A stretch of 64,000 nt of DNA from positions 42 to 64,041 of the forward strand of contig CAZHXX010000005.1 in assembly GCA_964536485.1 (NCBI GenBank). The letters are read 5' to 3'. The notes beneath the pieces were generated by a model. It saw only the letters and a list, made by a program, of their open reading frames with translations, was not told the origin of the DNA and ran no database searches. Below, in pieces: positions 1 to 9,515 of this stretch; positions within the stretch are counted from its first letter, which is position 1; every line of letters begins with the position of its first letter. The stretch comes from an uncultured Candidatus Saccharibacteria bacterium. Lineage in GTDB: Bacteria; Patescibacteriota; Saccharimonadia; Saccharimonadales; SZUA-47. The position numbers and the translations under genes were made by a program.

Positions 1-57
1 TGAACCATTACGGAACATTGACAAAATATAATAAATAGTTGTATAATATTTACTATT

Positions 58-642
58 ATGTTTGGTCGACGCAAACCTACCCTAGCGATGCCTATCCCGC
101 TTTTGGAGTCACCTCTTCCCGAGGTGAAAGAACGTACTAAGCTTATATCAAGAGGACAAATATTTGAGGCGAACGATCCAGGTAATAAACTTGGCCGAAG
201 ACAGACGATTATTATTGATGCTTCACGCGTTGTTACACAAACCGGTGTTGTGCTTGAAGGAGCAAGAGTCTCCAAACTGCTTGGTCCTGTAGGGACAGAA
301 TATGAGCAGGACAACGACCCTTTTATGCGGGATGGTGCGTTGTTTGTGAACAGAAGCGGTTTTCCCTTAACTGGTCTCGGGCTCGCGTTTAAGCAGTCGC
401 CAGATTTAGTCGGGAGCTATCACCTACCCTTACCTCTACATAGTGTTATTGAACAAAGAAAATACGGAAGTACCTACGTAGAACCAGATCTCACCGAGGC
501 AGCAAAAGCTTCACTGATATTTGATGAAATCTATTTCTCTCACATATCACCCGACGAAAGAGTAGCAGGATTGAGCCCTAGCGATACAGTTCTCGTTCGA
601 AGTGCTGTTAGTGAGATGTTTGTGCAAGTCCCTGGTTTGTAG
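58..642 (+). CDS. hypothetical protein
   Basis: Intact 194-aa ORF, ATG start; no recognisable motifs. Confidence 0.4.
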   Translation: MFGRRKPTLAMPIPLLESPLPEVKERTKLISRGQIFEANDPGNKLGRRQTIIIDASRVVTQTGVVLEGARVSKLLGPVGTEYEQDNDPFMRDGALFVNRSGFPLTGLGLAFKQSPDLVGSYHLPLPLHSVIEQRKYGSTYVEPDLTEAAKASLIFDEIYFSHISPDERVAGLSPSDTVLVRSAVSEMFVQVPGL

Positions 643-955
643 GCTTATCACAAGGTAAAATTAAATTTTGATTTTATTTTTTGGCAATAATTTGACACCT
701 TTTTGTTACTTAGCATTAGTTTTATTGTGCTCTGTGGTATAACGAAATTTTGATAAACGTTGCACTTTGCTTGATTTGTCATACTGTGTTTTAATTATGT
801 TAAAGTGGGAGTCAAATACCACCATGCGCTGCTCATTCGGCGAACAACATGGCAAAACTCAACCGCTAGGATTGAATGAGTAGGTTTGCATCTTTTACGA
901 AAGTCGTCGAATTCGGAAGGGTAGCAAGCGCTCATCAACTAACAAAAGGACTACT

Positions 956-1144
956 ATGCAACATCAAGGCAAAAGTCTACAAGATATCCAGAAAGAAACC
1001 GGCTGGAGCTACGAGGACCATTTGAAACATTGGCGCTCGTGGGGTTCATGGTTTAGCTGGGGAAGCCCAGTGGGTCTTGGTCTGTTCTTTATCTCAGTGG
1101 CGTTTACGCTCTGGATATTGAGCCAGGCCTTTGGCTGGAAGTAA
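956..1144 (+). CDS. small Trp-rich membrane protein (hypothetical)
   Basis: 62-aa ORF with good SD (AAAGGA) 7 nt upstream; C-terminal hydrophobic helix. Confidence 0.35.
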   Translation: MQHQGKSLQDIQKETGWSYEDHLKHWRSWGSWFSWGSPVGLGLFFISVAFTLWILSQAFGWK

Positions 1145-1194
1145 TAAAACTTCTCGTTGAGGAAAATAGCACCGTAGAAATGCGGTGCTATTTT

Positions 1195-2100
1195 TTATAT
1201 AACTTCTCTATCGAGAAGTTTGATGCCTAATGCTGCTTGAACGTCACCCAAGTTCGTCCCGGCGTTAAATGACATCGAAGCTGAATGCACTCCATTCGCC
1301 AAAGCCATGTGCGTCAGTTCGGCCTCGAGCTCCTCTTCAGTGCAGTTTGGTCGTTTGTCGGTCATGACGTTAACTTTTGGAAAACGGTCTACTGCTTTCA
1401 TTAACATTCTTATTCTTGATTGTGTCAATGAAGCCGGATCTGCTCCCATTTTTGTACGATTGTTTGGCTCTTCACCAACAGCAATCCAGTCAAATTGTTC
1501 GCCATCTATTTCTATAGGGTGTGCAAACGGAATGCTAGGTCCTGGGTCTGATGGGGTAAACTCTGCAGCAAAATGCAACATAGCTCTTGCCTGGCGCATT
1601 GAAGTTGGGTATGCCACCACTCTGTCCATATGACTTCTTCGATGTGGAGAATCGCTCATTCCTTCAAATCTAAATTTTGCTTCGGCTAACTCCCCTAGTT
1701 TTTCTTGAGACACTTTATGCAACCCCATGAAAAGAGGAATGGTATCTGCAATGCCCGGGTTGAAGTACAGTCTTAAGCGAGCTTCAGATGAGTTTTCTGC
1801 AACAGGAAATGTTCCTTTAATCGAAACAAAACTTCCGTTGTAAACGGAACTACTTGTATCAAACGGGGTGCGTTCGGGGTCTGAAATGAGGTGAGCGAAT
1901 TCAATGTCGGAGGTAGGCGCGATCTCGTTTGTCTCAGAAAAATACAGTCCTCTTAAATCTCCTACGTGTCTTGTGCGAACGGTGTCAGGATAAGGTATGT
2001 TAGGCTCTGTATTGAACAAGGCTTGCAAATGAGGCTCTTTCCAGACAATAAGAGGATCTTTAAAAACTGGCTGAACCATCTCTGGTGTAATAATAGACAT
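1195..2100 (-). CDS. hypothetical protein (301 aa)
   Basis: Long intact minus-strand ORF with ATG start; no family recognised. Confidence 0.5.
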   Translation of the reverse strand: MSIITPEMVQPVFKDPLIVWKEPHLQALFNTEPNIPYPDTVRTRHVGDLRGLYFSETNEIAPTSDIEFAHLISDPERTPFDTSSSVYNGSFVSIKGTFPVAENSSEARLRLYFNPGIADTIPLFMGLHKVSQEKLGELAEAKFRFEGMSDSPHRRSHMDRVVAYPTSMRQARAMLHFAAEFTPSDPGPSIPFAHPIEIDGEQFDWIAVGEEPNNRTKMGADPASLTQSRIRMLMKAVDRFPKVNVMTDKRPNCTEEELEAELTHMALANGVHSASMSFNAGTNLGDVQAALGIKLLDREVI

Positions 2101-2191
2101 ATCTTTATATTATAACATAAAAATTATAATTATGTCAAAATATTTTACACAGTATAGTTTTTAAACTTAGCATGATTGTTATACTGAGCAT

Positions 2192-2749
2192 ATGAATATA
2201 GTATTGCTTGACCGCGACGGGACTATTATCCAAGACCCTCTTGATGAGCGCGTTGATAGTATTGATAAGATTGAACTGTTCGATGACAGTATTGAGGCGC
2301 TCACCTATTTAGCCCAGCATGATTTTGCTGTAGTCGTAGTTACTAATCAGGCAAGCATTGCGGAAGGCAGAATAACCGAAGAAGAATTTTGGACTATTCA
2401 TAATGAAGTGCTTGCTCTTCTGGCGCCAAGTGGCGTAGAAATTATAAAAACCTACATGAACCCAGAGGCAAGTGGTTCAAACGCTAGTGAATGGCACAAG
2501 CCTGGTCCTAAGATGCTTCTCCAGGCGGCAAAAGAACTAAACTTTGATATTGGCTCGGTGTATATGGTGGGCGATAATCAATCAGATGTTGAGGCTGGCA
2601 TAAGTGCAGGCTGTAAAGGAAGCATTTTGGTAAAGACCGCACGCAATAAAGTAGTGGTTTCTCCGCAGGCAGAGTACTCTGCACCAACACTACTGGACGC
2701 GGTGCGCTATGTAGTTGAGCACAGTTCCGAAGCACTTTATAAGGGATGA
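2192..2749 (+). CDS. HAD-IIIA family phosphatase (GmhB / histidinol-phosphatase-like)
   Basis: DRDGT HAD motif I at N-terminus; KPGPKM motif and GDNQSD motif typical of D,D-heptose-1,7-bisphosphate phosphatase-like HAD enzymes. Confidence 0.6.
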   Translation: MNIVLLDRDGTIIQDPLDERVDSIDKIELFDDSIEALTYLAQHDFAVVVVTNQASIAEGRITEEEFWTIHNEVLALLAPSGVEIIKTYMNPEASGSNASEWHKPGPKMLLQAAKELNFDIGSVYMVGDNQSDVEAGISAGCKGSILVKTARNKVVVSPQAEYSAPTLLDAVRYVVEHSSEALYKG

Positions 2750-2768
2750 GGTCTGCTATCATAAGTGG

Positions 2769-3194
2769 ATGAGTAGTTATCCAAAAAGCAGTGTGCCGTC
2801 AACTTATTGGCGAGTGTCTGCGAAAGTACTGATTTTTGACGAACAAAATCGCTTGCTAGTCTTTAAAGCAAGCGACGGGGAATGGGAAATGCCTGGCGGA
2901 GGATGGGAGCATGACGAAACCTATGAGCAATGTGTCCGGCGTGAACTTGCAGAAGAAATAGGGGTTGGAGTGCAAACAATCGGCCCTGTGCTATTTGTCT
3001 ATCCTGGCAAAACTGATAGTGGTAATCCAAAAATAAATATTGTATGTAAGGTAGAAATTGATAGCTCGGAGATACTGCCAACAGGTGACGAGTTGGTTGA
3101 GGCGAAATATGTCAGCAAGGAAGAATTTTTGAGGCTGCCGTTCTCTGAGGGTGAGAGCCCGGTTACAGCGCACACAGATAAAATTTGGCTATAG
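2769..3194 (+). CDS. NUDIX hydrolase
   Basis: Nudix box GGGWEHDETYEQCVRRELAEEIGV; track ORF begins at a TTG at 2715, ATG at 2769 gives a typical 141-aa Nudix protein. Confidence 0.7.
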   Translation: MSSYPKSSVPSTYWRVSAKVLIFDEQNRLLVFKASDGEWEMPGGGWEHDETYEQCVRRELAEEIGVGVQTIGPVLFVYPGKTDSGNPKINIVCKVEIDSSEILPTGDELVEAKYVSKEEFLRLPFSEGESPVTAHTDKIWL

Positions 3195-3212
3195 TATTTA
3201 TAAGGAGAAGAA

Positions 3213-3557
3213 ATGAACGACGAGGTAACGAAGTATATCCTAAACACAAAGCCATGGCAGGCGGATATCTGCACAAAGTTGCGTGAAATGATACACGGAG
3301 CAGTGCCCGAAATAGAAGAAAGACTACAGTATGGCAAGCCGCATTATCTCAAGAATGGGAGTTATGCAGCTGTACTCTATGCAAGTAAAGACAAGGTGTC
3401 GTTTATGCTCTTTAACGCGCAGGATATTGCGGAAGTACCTGGTCTTAGTCGCACGCTTGGAAATGGTGACCGTAAAGTGTTTGAATTTTTGGAGGGGCAC
3501 ATTGTTGACTATGCTCTGCTTACTGAACTTACTAAAAAGACGACCGCGGAACTCTAG
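3213..3557 (+). CDS. DUF1801 (YdhG-like) domain protein
   Basis: 114-aa protein resembling YdhG/DUF1801 family; SD GGAGAAG upstream. Confidence 0.5.
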   Translation: MNDEVTKYILNTKPWQADICTKLREMIHGAVPEIEERLQYGKPHYLKNGSYAAVLYASKDKVSFMLFNAQDIAEVPGLSRTLGNGDRKVFEFLEGHIVDYALLTELTKKTTAEL

Positions 3558-3560
3558 GAC

Positions 3561-4136
3561 ATGGCAATACTAGCGCCAGAATTTTATGCAAAAAATAGGG
3601 CTGAGTGGCGCAAATGGCTTGCAAAGAATCATTCGGCGGAGAAGTCTGTGTGGCTTGTCTATGACAAAGGCAAAGAGCGCCAGCTAAGCTATGATGATAT
3701 TGTTGAAGAAGCGCTGTGTTTTGGTTGGGTAGATAGCGTGCCCGGAAAAGTAAGTGAGACTCGGTCTAAGCTTTATATTAGTAAGCGTAAAGCTAAGAGC
3801 GCGTGGTCGAAGACAAATAAAGAGCGTGTTGAGAAGCTTATGCAGTCTGGGGCAATGATGAAAGCAGGCCTAGAAGCAATTACTTTAGCAAAAGAAAATG
3901 GTGCCTGGGACTTGCTTAATAAGTCAGACAACCTTGAGCGACCTCCAGAACTTGACGACTTGCTCAATAAAAACATACCAGCAAAAGAATTTTATTTCTC
4001 TATGTCGGCTTCTTCACAAAAATTAATTCTTGAGTGGATATATCAGGCAAAAACGGAACAAACGAAGATGAAGCGTATAAATGAAACAGTTGAGCTTGCA
4101 AAGCAAGGTATAAAAGCGCACCACTATCGACAGTAG
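3561..4136 (+). CDS. YdeI/OmpD-associated family protein
   Basis: 191-aa, pattern WRKWLAKNH...VWLVY...ISKRK typical of YdeI/bacteriocin-protection family. Confidence 0.55.
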   Translation: MAILAPEFYAKNRAEWRKWLAKNHSAEKSVWLVYDKGKERQLSYDDIVEEALCFGWVDSVPGKVSETRSKLYISKRKAKSAWSKTNKERVEKLMQSGAMMKAGLEAITLAKENGAWDLLNKSDNLERPPELDDLLNKNIPAKEFYFSMSASSQKLILEWIYQAKTEQTKMKRINETVELAKQGIKAHHYRQ

Positions 4137-4157
4137 CTATTTTGTTACAATAGAGTT

Positions 4158-4568
4158 ATGGCAACAAATAAAACTGTAGAAACAACTGCCTCGGTCTTAA
4201 GTTTTATTGACAGCTTAAGTGATGAAAAGCGAAGAGAAGAAAGCAAGAAATTGCTGCAACTTATGCATGAGGCAACCGGAACTGCTCCAGCACTATGGGG
4301 GCCAAGTATTATTGGGTTCGGCTCCTATCATTATGTCTATGAATCGGGGAGAGAAGGCGACACGCCGGTAGTAAGTTTCTCGCCCAGAAAAAATGCGCTT
4401 GTTCTCTATGGTGTTCTGCGCCAAGACCAAAATCTTGATGATACGGCACGTTTAGGTAAGGTAAAGCTTGGTAAGGGATGCCTTTATATAAAGTCTCTTA
4501 AAGAGATTGATAGTGTGCTACTGAAGGAAATGGTTAAAGAAGCTTTCGAGAATCGCCAGAACGCCTAG
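4158..4568 (+). CDS. DUF1801 domain protein (second copy)
   Basis: 136 aa; resembles DUF1801/YdhG-like proteins. Confidence 0.45.
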   Translation: MATNKTVETTASVLSFIDSLSDEKRREESKKLLQLMHEATGTAPALWGPSIIGFGSYHYVYESGREGDTPVVSFSPRKNALVLYGVLRQDQNLDDTARLGKVKLGKGCLYIKSLKEIDSVLLKEMVKEAFENRQNA

Positions 4569-4615
4569 CATGTGCTTGAAATACAGTGCTAGACTGGATG
4601 TAGGAGGCGAAAGCT

Positions 4616-5230
4616 ATGGAAAAAATAGACTTCAAAAAAGAACTCGCTGAGCTATACAGTGGTAAGGTAGGCAAACCGTGCGTGGTGAAGGTGCCAAAAA
4701 TGAACTTTTTGATGATTGATGGCCACGGTGATCCAAATACGTCCCAAGAATATGTTGATGCCATCCAGACACTTTATCCGCTTGCCTTTGCACTGAAATT
4801 TATGTGTAAGAAGGAGCTTGGCAAAGATTTTACCGTACTACCACTCGAGGGGCTATGGTGGGCAGAAGATATGGATACGTTTATAACAGGCAAAAAAGAT
4901 GCTTGGTCTTGGACGATGATGATTATGCAACCAGAATTTATTACAAACGACCTCTACGAGAGAGCGCTTGAAGCGGTAAAGACAAAAAAGAATCCACCGG
5001 CAATTGATAAGGTACGGTTTGATGTATACGACGAGGGGCGGGCAGCGCAAGTAATGTATGTGGGGGCTTATGCAGACGAAGGTCCAACTATTGCAGAGTT
5101 ACATGAGTTTATTGCGAAGCAAGGCGGAAGCTTGCAGGAGACAAACAAGCATCATCACGAGATATATTTAGGCGACCCACGACGTAGCGACCCGGCAAAG
5201 TTAAAAACTATCATAAGACAGCCTTTTTAA
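4616..5230 (+). CDS. GyrI-like small-molecule-binding domain protein
   Basis: C-terminal HHHEIYLGDPRRSDPAKLKTIIRQP characteristic of GyrI-like domain proteins. Confidence 0.55.
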   Translation: MEKIDFKKELAELYSGKVGKPCVVKVPKMNFLMIDGHGDPNTSQEYVDAIQTLYPLAFALKFMCKKELGKDFTVLPLEGLWWAEDMDTFITGKKDAWSWTMMIMQPEFITNDLYERALEAVKTKKNPPAIDKVRFDVYDEGRAAQVMYVGAYADEGPTIAELHEFIAKQGGSLQETNKHHHEIYLGDPRRSDPAKLKTIIRQPF

Positions 5231-6823
5231 CTAGCGAGCATCGTGAAGGCGAGTGAGGAGGTAGTTTGCTTCTTCATCCGTCATGATGCGTGTCTGCAAA
5301 TCTTTGTCGTAGACGGTAGGGGTAAGTTTTGTTTGGATGAGTTTGCCGCCAACAAAGTAATGTGTGAGGATGATGCCTCGTTCCGTACCAGGCCAGCTTG
5401 TTTGTTCAAAATAAAGATTGCCAATGCCGTAGTAGATTGGTTTGCCATTATAGAGCGTGTAGGTTTGTGGCTGGTGAGCTGAACTTCCCACGACAATATC
5501 TGCACCAAGGTCGATAAGTTTTTTGAATGTTGCTTCTTGTTCGCCAATTGGGACGTCGCATTCAGGGAACTCTTCAAATCCGTCTGGGTAGGCGTAACAC
5601 TCCCAATACTGGACATTGACCATAACAACATCTGACTTTTGCTTGGCTGTGGTAATTTCGCTCGCAATGCGGTCAAAGTCAAAGCTGTTCGCGCCGGCTT
5701 TGTTGGCACCTGCAATGGCACCACCATTTGGCGAGTCGGCATAGTTATAAGCGAGTAAGGTGAGCTTCGTGCCCTTCATATCTGTTTCATACGGTTTTGC
5801 GGCTTCTTCAGTGTTGAGACCACCACCAACCGTAGCCCATCCTAGTGATTTGTAGAGATTGATAGTCTGTGTGTTGTACTCACTTCCCACATCATTGTTG
5901 TGATTGCCAGTGAGCTCTACGATATCTACGCCACTATCTTTAAGAGTTTCTATGAAAGAAGGTGGGGAACAAAAGGCGGAATTGTTGTAGGCGCACCCTT
6001 CTTTAAATGAAACTTCGTTTGACACATGGGTAAGGTCTGCATCTGCGACAAAGTCACCAATTTTTTCGCTGAAGTATTTTGGGTCACCGACACTTTCAAG
6101 TTTTCTTTGCATCACACGCGTTAGGGCAGTTACCCCTGTCATATTGAACTTAAGTGTCGTATCTTTGGAAAATCCTTGTTTGAAATTTATGCCAGAAAAA
6201 TTAGTACTAGAGTTTCCGACAATCTCCATGGTCCTGAAGACCGCGCCGGTGGTGAAATCGTCGAGATAATAGTGGCCGTTGAAGGTAAGTACTTTACTAT
6301 TGGTAGAAATAGCTTTTGCAGATATGAAGGCAATGTCGTCGTCGCCAATGTCACTTATGTCATTAAACGATTTTATCGAATCTGCTGGCAAACCAAGATA
6401 CGTAGCTATACTTGATCGTAGTGAACTAGTAAGATCGGCAGAGACATAGACGGCTAGGCTTGAGAGGTCTGATGTCTGGACTTTTTGTCGAACAGACGTA
6501 AAGCTGGTGACAGGAACATAGGCATCTAAAATTCGCCCCACGTCAGTTGCTTGCTCACTCGTAGTGACTTTGATGGTTGTCGTGGCTCGGCTATCCAGGG
6601 GGACATTTTTTAGAGTATCGTTTATGAGTGTTTGTTCGCTAGGTGAGACCGAAGAGTCAAACAAGAGCAAGTGGTTGGGAATCGATGAAGTACTATCTCG
6701 AATTGTTTGGGTATAAATAAGATAGCCGCACCCTGTGAGTATCGCAAAAACTACGAGCCACGAAAGAACTCCTGTCCATCTCTTTGGAGGATGATTGTTG
6801 TCCACACTTGCAGGTTTTGTCAT
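5231..6823 (-). CDS. CapA/PgsA-family metallophosphoesterase (poly-gamma-glutamate capsule biosynthesis-like), N-terminal TM anchor
   Basis: C-terminal half shows CapA-type metallophosphatase motifs (VDIVELTGNHNND, GGGLN, GNLYFEQ); N-terminal TM helix. Confidence 0.7.
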   Translation of the reverse strand: MTKPASVDNNHPPKRWTGVLSWLVVFAILTGCGYLIYTQTIRDSTSSIPNHLLLFDSSVSPSEQTLINDTLKNVPLDSRATTTIKVTTSEQATDVGRILDAYVPVTSFTSVRQKVQTSDLSSLAVYVSADLTSSLRSSIATYLGLPADSIKSFNDISDIGDDDIAFISAKAISTNSKVLTFNGHYYLDDFTTGAVFRTMEIVGNSSTNFSGINFKQGFSKDTTLKFNMTGVTALTRVMQRKLESVGDPKYFSEKIGDFVADADLTHVSNEVSFKEGCAYNNSAFCSPPSFIETLKDSGVDIVELTGNHNNDVGSEYNTQTINLYKSLGWATVGGGLNTEEAAKPYETDMKGTKLTLLAYNYADSPNGGAIAGANKAGANSFDFDRIASEITTAKQKSDVVMVNVQYWECYAYPDGFEEFPECDVPIGEQEATFKKLIDLGADIVVGSSAHQPQTYTLYNGKPIYYGIGNLYFEQTSWPGTERGIILTHYFVGGKLIQTKLTPTVYDKDLQTRIMTDEEANYLLTRLHDAR

Positions 6824-6919
6824 CTTTTATAAATTGTATCATTAAGCGAGAGCGTTATTGCTATACTTTTAAGTACTATAGAAACGAATAACGTAAGAAA
6901 AAAGAAGGCGTTTCGCACC

Positions 6920-7582
6920 ATGCTCCTAGCTGTTGCTTTTGTTGTTACTTTTGAACTTTTAGCACTCGTGTGGTTGTGGCGGTCGGTAGGAGTGTATAAG
7001 AACTTCTGGGCTCAAAAAGCCCAAGAGAGCGGTGAGTTTACCTATCTTGCCCTTGGTGATTCGACGGCACAAGGCATTGGGGCGAGTAGCCCTATGCGTG
7101 GCTATGTGGGAGAGGTTGAAAAAAGACTGGAACAAAAAACAGGCAAGCGTGTCCGCGTGGTAAACCTCAGTGTTACGGGAGCGACGATGAGCGATTATTT
7201 GAGAGAGCAGGCACCAAAGATTGCCGATATAAAAGCCGATATTGTCACCATAGAGATCGGCGCAAATGATATAAGAACATTTCAGGAAGAGAAATTTCGG
7301 CGTGAATTTGAGCAGGTGCTAAAAACGCTGCCGGATGGTACATATGTCTCTAACATGCCATTATTTAACAGCCGACGCTCAAGTACGGCACCAGCAAAAC
7401 AGGCAAGCAAAATTATAGAAATATTGCTGGGCAACTATCCGCATCTTCATTTTGTCAATCTTGAAAAGCAGACGAGCGAGCACCAAAGTATTTTTGGCTT
7501 TGCCCCGGATTTGTTTCACCCAAACAATCTAAGCTACAAGAATTGGGCAGATGCGTTTTGGAACGAAATAGAAAAGAACTAG
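6920..7582 (+). CDS. SGNH/GDSL hydrolase family protein
   Basis: N-terminal TM, GDSL block YLALGDSTAQGIG, later GANDI block. Confidence 0.7.
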   Translation: MLLAVAFVVTFELLALVWLWRSVGVYKNFWAQKAQESGEFTYLALGDSTAQGIGASSPMRGYVGEVEKRLEQKTGKRVRVVNLSVTGATMSDYLREQAPKIADIKADIVTIEIGANDIRTFQEEKFRREFEQVLKTLPDGTYVSNMPLFNSRRSSTAPAKQASKIIEILLGNYPHLHFVNLEKQTSEHQSIFGFAPDLFHPNNLSYKNWADAFWNEIEKN

Positions 7583-7604
7583 AGCAAGGCGTACAATACT
7601 ACTT

Positions 7605-7766
7605 ATGAATAAGACATTATTGTATATTTGTATTACTATCTTTGGTGCTATTGGGGGGTATATCCCAGTGGTTTTCGGTGCGGACGGTTTTTCCGCTTGG
7701 GCAATTATAACGTCTACAATTGGAAGTATTGTTGGAGTGTTTGTTGCGAAACGTCTGTCGGACTAA
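7605..7766 (+). CDS. small membrane protein (possibly GlsB/YeaQ/YmgE-like)
   Basis: 53-aa ORF not in the track (below its size cutoff); two hydrophobic Gly-rich helices. Confidence 0.3.
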   Translation: MNKTLLYICITIFGAIGGYIPVVFGADGFSAWAIITSTIGSIVGVFVAKRLSD

Positions 7767-7814
7767 TAAAATTACATGGTTATTCTAGTTCTCTGTTAAA
7801 ATAGTCCAGATGAT

Positions 7815-7888
7815 GGCGCCTTGGCCGAGAAGTTAGGCAGCGGTCTGCAAAACCGCGTAGACGGGAGCGTTACCCGTAGGTGCCTCCA
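7815..7888 (+). tRNA. tRNA-Cys (GCA), non-canonical T-loop
   Basis: Hand fold: acceptor GGCGCCT/AGGTGCC (one G-U), anticodon stem GCGGT/ACCGC with loop CTGCAAA, T-stem ACGGG/CCCGT, U73 discriminator typical of tRNA-Cys, CCA encoded; T-loop AGCGTTA lacks TTC. Confidence 0.5.
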
Positions 7889-7922
7889 TAAACATCATAC
7901 ATAACAAATTTGACAAAAACGC

Positions 7923-8010
7923 GGGCGAATGGCGGAATTGGTATACGCGACAGACTTAAAATCTGTTGACTGAATAAGTCTTGTGGGTTCAAGTCCCACT
8001 TCGCCCACCA
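7923..8010 (+). tRNA. tRNA-Leu (TAA), class II with long variable arm
   Basis: Acceptor GGGCGAA/TTCGCCC, anticodon stem ACAGA/TCTGT loop CTTAAAA, variable arm GACT..AGTC, T-arm GTGGG-TTCAAGT-CCCAC, A73, CCA. Confidence 0.8.
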
Positions 8011-8016
8011 CAACAA

Positions 8017-8042
8017 AAACACCTTGCAAATAGGTGTTTTTT
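8017..8042 (+). terminator. rho-independent terminator after tRNA pair
   Basis: Hairpin AACACC-ttgcaaata-GGTGTT followed by TTTTT. Confidence 0.5.
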
Positions 8043-8059
8043 CATTGTAACGAGGTATA

Positions 8060-9505
8060 ATGAAACCTATGAATAAATTCTATGTCTGCACCGCAATACC
8101 CTATGTCAACGCTAAAGCCCACATTGGCCACGCTATGGACTTTTTGTATGCAGACATTTTGGCTCGCTATCATCGTCAACTAGGTGACGACGTACGCTTC
8201 AGTATTGGGACCGACGAACACGGGGCAAAAATTGCTGAAAAAGCCGCTGAAAATAATGTTACTCCACAGGCTTACACGGACCAGATAGTCCCAGGCTGGG
8301 TAGACTTTGCAAAAAAAGCGCACATAAGTAATGATTATTTTATCCGTACAACTCACCCAGAGCACGAGAAACGAGCAGGTGTAATCTGGAAAAATCTTGC
8401 AAATTATATCTATAAAGGAAGTTATGCCGGCTGGTATTGCGTGGGGTGTGAAGAATATAAGACCGATACTCATGTAAAAGATACAAACGGGGTGTGCCCA
8501 CTTCATAATCGCCCATATGACAAGCTTGAGGAAGAGAATTATTTCTTTAAACTCAGTGCTTTTACCGACCAAGTAAAGAGTGCGCTTGCTTTGGGCAAGA
8601 TGCAGATTGTCCCTGACTTTCGTAAGAAAGAGATTTTGAATGTACTCGAAGAAGGCTTGAGCGACATAAGTATATCTCGCCCATCAGGCAAGATTGCGTG
8701 GGGCATCCCTGTGCCTGGAGATACAACGCAAGTGATGTACGTATGGTTTGAAGCGCTCATGAACTATATTACGGTGCTTGGCTATCCTGACGGGGCAGAT
8801 TTTGCGAAGTATTGGCCAGCCGATGTGCAAGTAGTAGGAAAAGATATTCTGCGCTTCCATGCGGCAATCTGGCCGGCTATGTTGCTTGGGCTTGGACAGC
8901 CATTACCTAAGGTGCTGTATGCTCATGGGCACGTAAGCTCAGGCGGGCAGAAGATGAGTAAGACACTCGGCAACGTTATCGACCCAGTAGAAGTTATCGA
9001 GAAATACGGCGTTGATGCGTTTCGTTACTATCTTGCACGACATATATCAAGCTATGATGACGGTGACTTTACCTGGGAAAAATATACCGAAGTGTACAAT
9101 AGCGAGCTAGCAAACGAGCTGGGAAATGCCGTTTCACGCGTTGCTGCTATGGTGGTGAAATATCAAGAGGGAGTTATCGGCGACATTCCAGAAGCTGAAC
9201 ACGATGCAGGTGATTATCATGAAGCCCTGGCTGTATGCCGTTTTGACCGTGCACTGGAAGATGTATGGGATCAAGTTCGAGGCCTGAATCAGTATATTGA
9301 AGAAGAAAAGCCGTGGGAGATTGCCAAAGAGAACGATGAAGAGCACCTGCAAGAGGTCCTTGCCTATATGTGTGGCGCATTAATGCAGATAAGCACCTTA
9401 CTTGTACCGTTTATGCCAGAGACAGCAGAGAAGATAGCCAAAGTGTTCTCTGAGGGAATCGTTCGCAAGCTTGAAACTCCTTTGTTCCCTAAAGAAGAGG
9501 TGTAA
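8060..9505 (+). CDS. metG: methionyl-tRNA synthetase, short form without C-terminal tRNA-binding domain
   Basis: HIGH-type motif AHIGHA, KMSKS motif KMSKTLGNV, zinc knuckle CVGCEEY/CPLH. Confidence 0.9.
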   Translation: MKPMNKFYVCTAIPYVNAKAHIGHAMDFLYADILARYHRQLGDDVRFSIGTDEHGAKIAEKAAENNVTPQAYTDQIVPGWVDFAKKAHISNDYFIRTTHPEHEKRAGVIWKNLANYIYKGSYAGWYCVGCEEYKTDTHVKDTNGVCPLHNRPYDKLEEENYFFKLSAFTDQVKSALALGKMQIVPDFRKKEILNVLEEGLSDISISRPSGKIAWGIPVPGDTTQVMYVWFEALMNYITVLGYPDGADFAKYWPADVQVVGKDILRFHAAIWPAMLLGLGQPLPKVLYAHGHVSSGGQKMSKTLGNVIDPVEVIEKYGVDAFRYYLARHISSYDDGDFTWEKYTEVYNSELANELGNAVSRVAAMVVKYQEGVIGDIPEAEHDAGDYHEALAVCRFDRALEDVWDQVRGLNQYIEEEKPWEIAKENDEEHLQEVLAYMCGALMQISTLLVPFMPETAEKIAKVFSEGIVRKLETPLFPKEEV

Positions 9506-9515
9506 CATACGCCCT

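Noticed and set aside
1307-1633. Antisense or overlapping ORFs in the track (e.g. 1307-1633, 2508-2762, 5281-5742, 8180-8572, 14931-15275, 16179-16502, 47293-47808, 51534-51986)
   Set aside because: Fully embedded opposite to or out of frame with well-supported genes (aaRS, ATP synthase, UvrA, CapA). No SD and no family features. Treated as spurious.
2715-2768. TTG start at 2715 for the NUDIX gene (track start)
   Set aside because: It overlaps the upstream gene by 35 nt and uses TTG. The ATG at 2769 gives a typical-length Nudix protein.
8051-8062. TATAAT overlapping the metG start codon as evidence for a leaderless or later start
   Set aside because: A GAGG SD 5 nt upstream of ATG 8060 supports the annotated start. 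The TATAAT is probably coincidental in AT-rich sequence.
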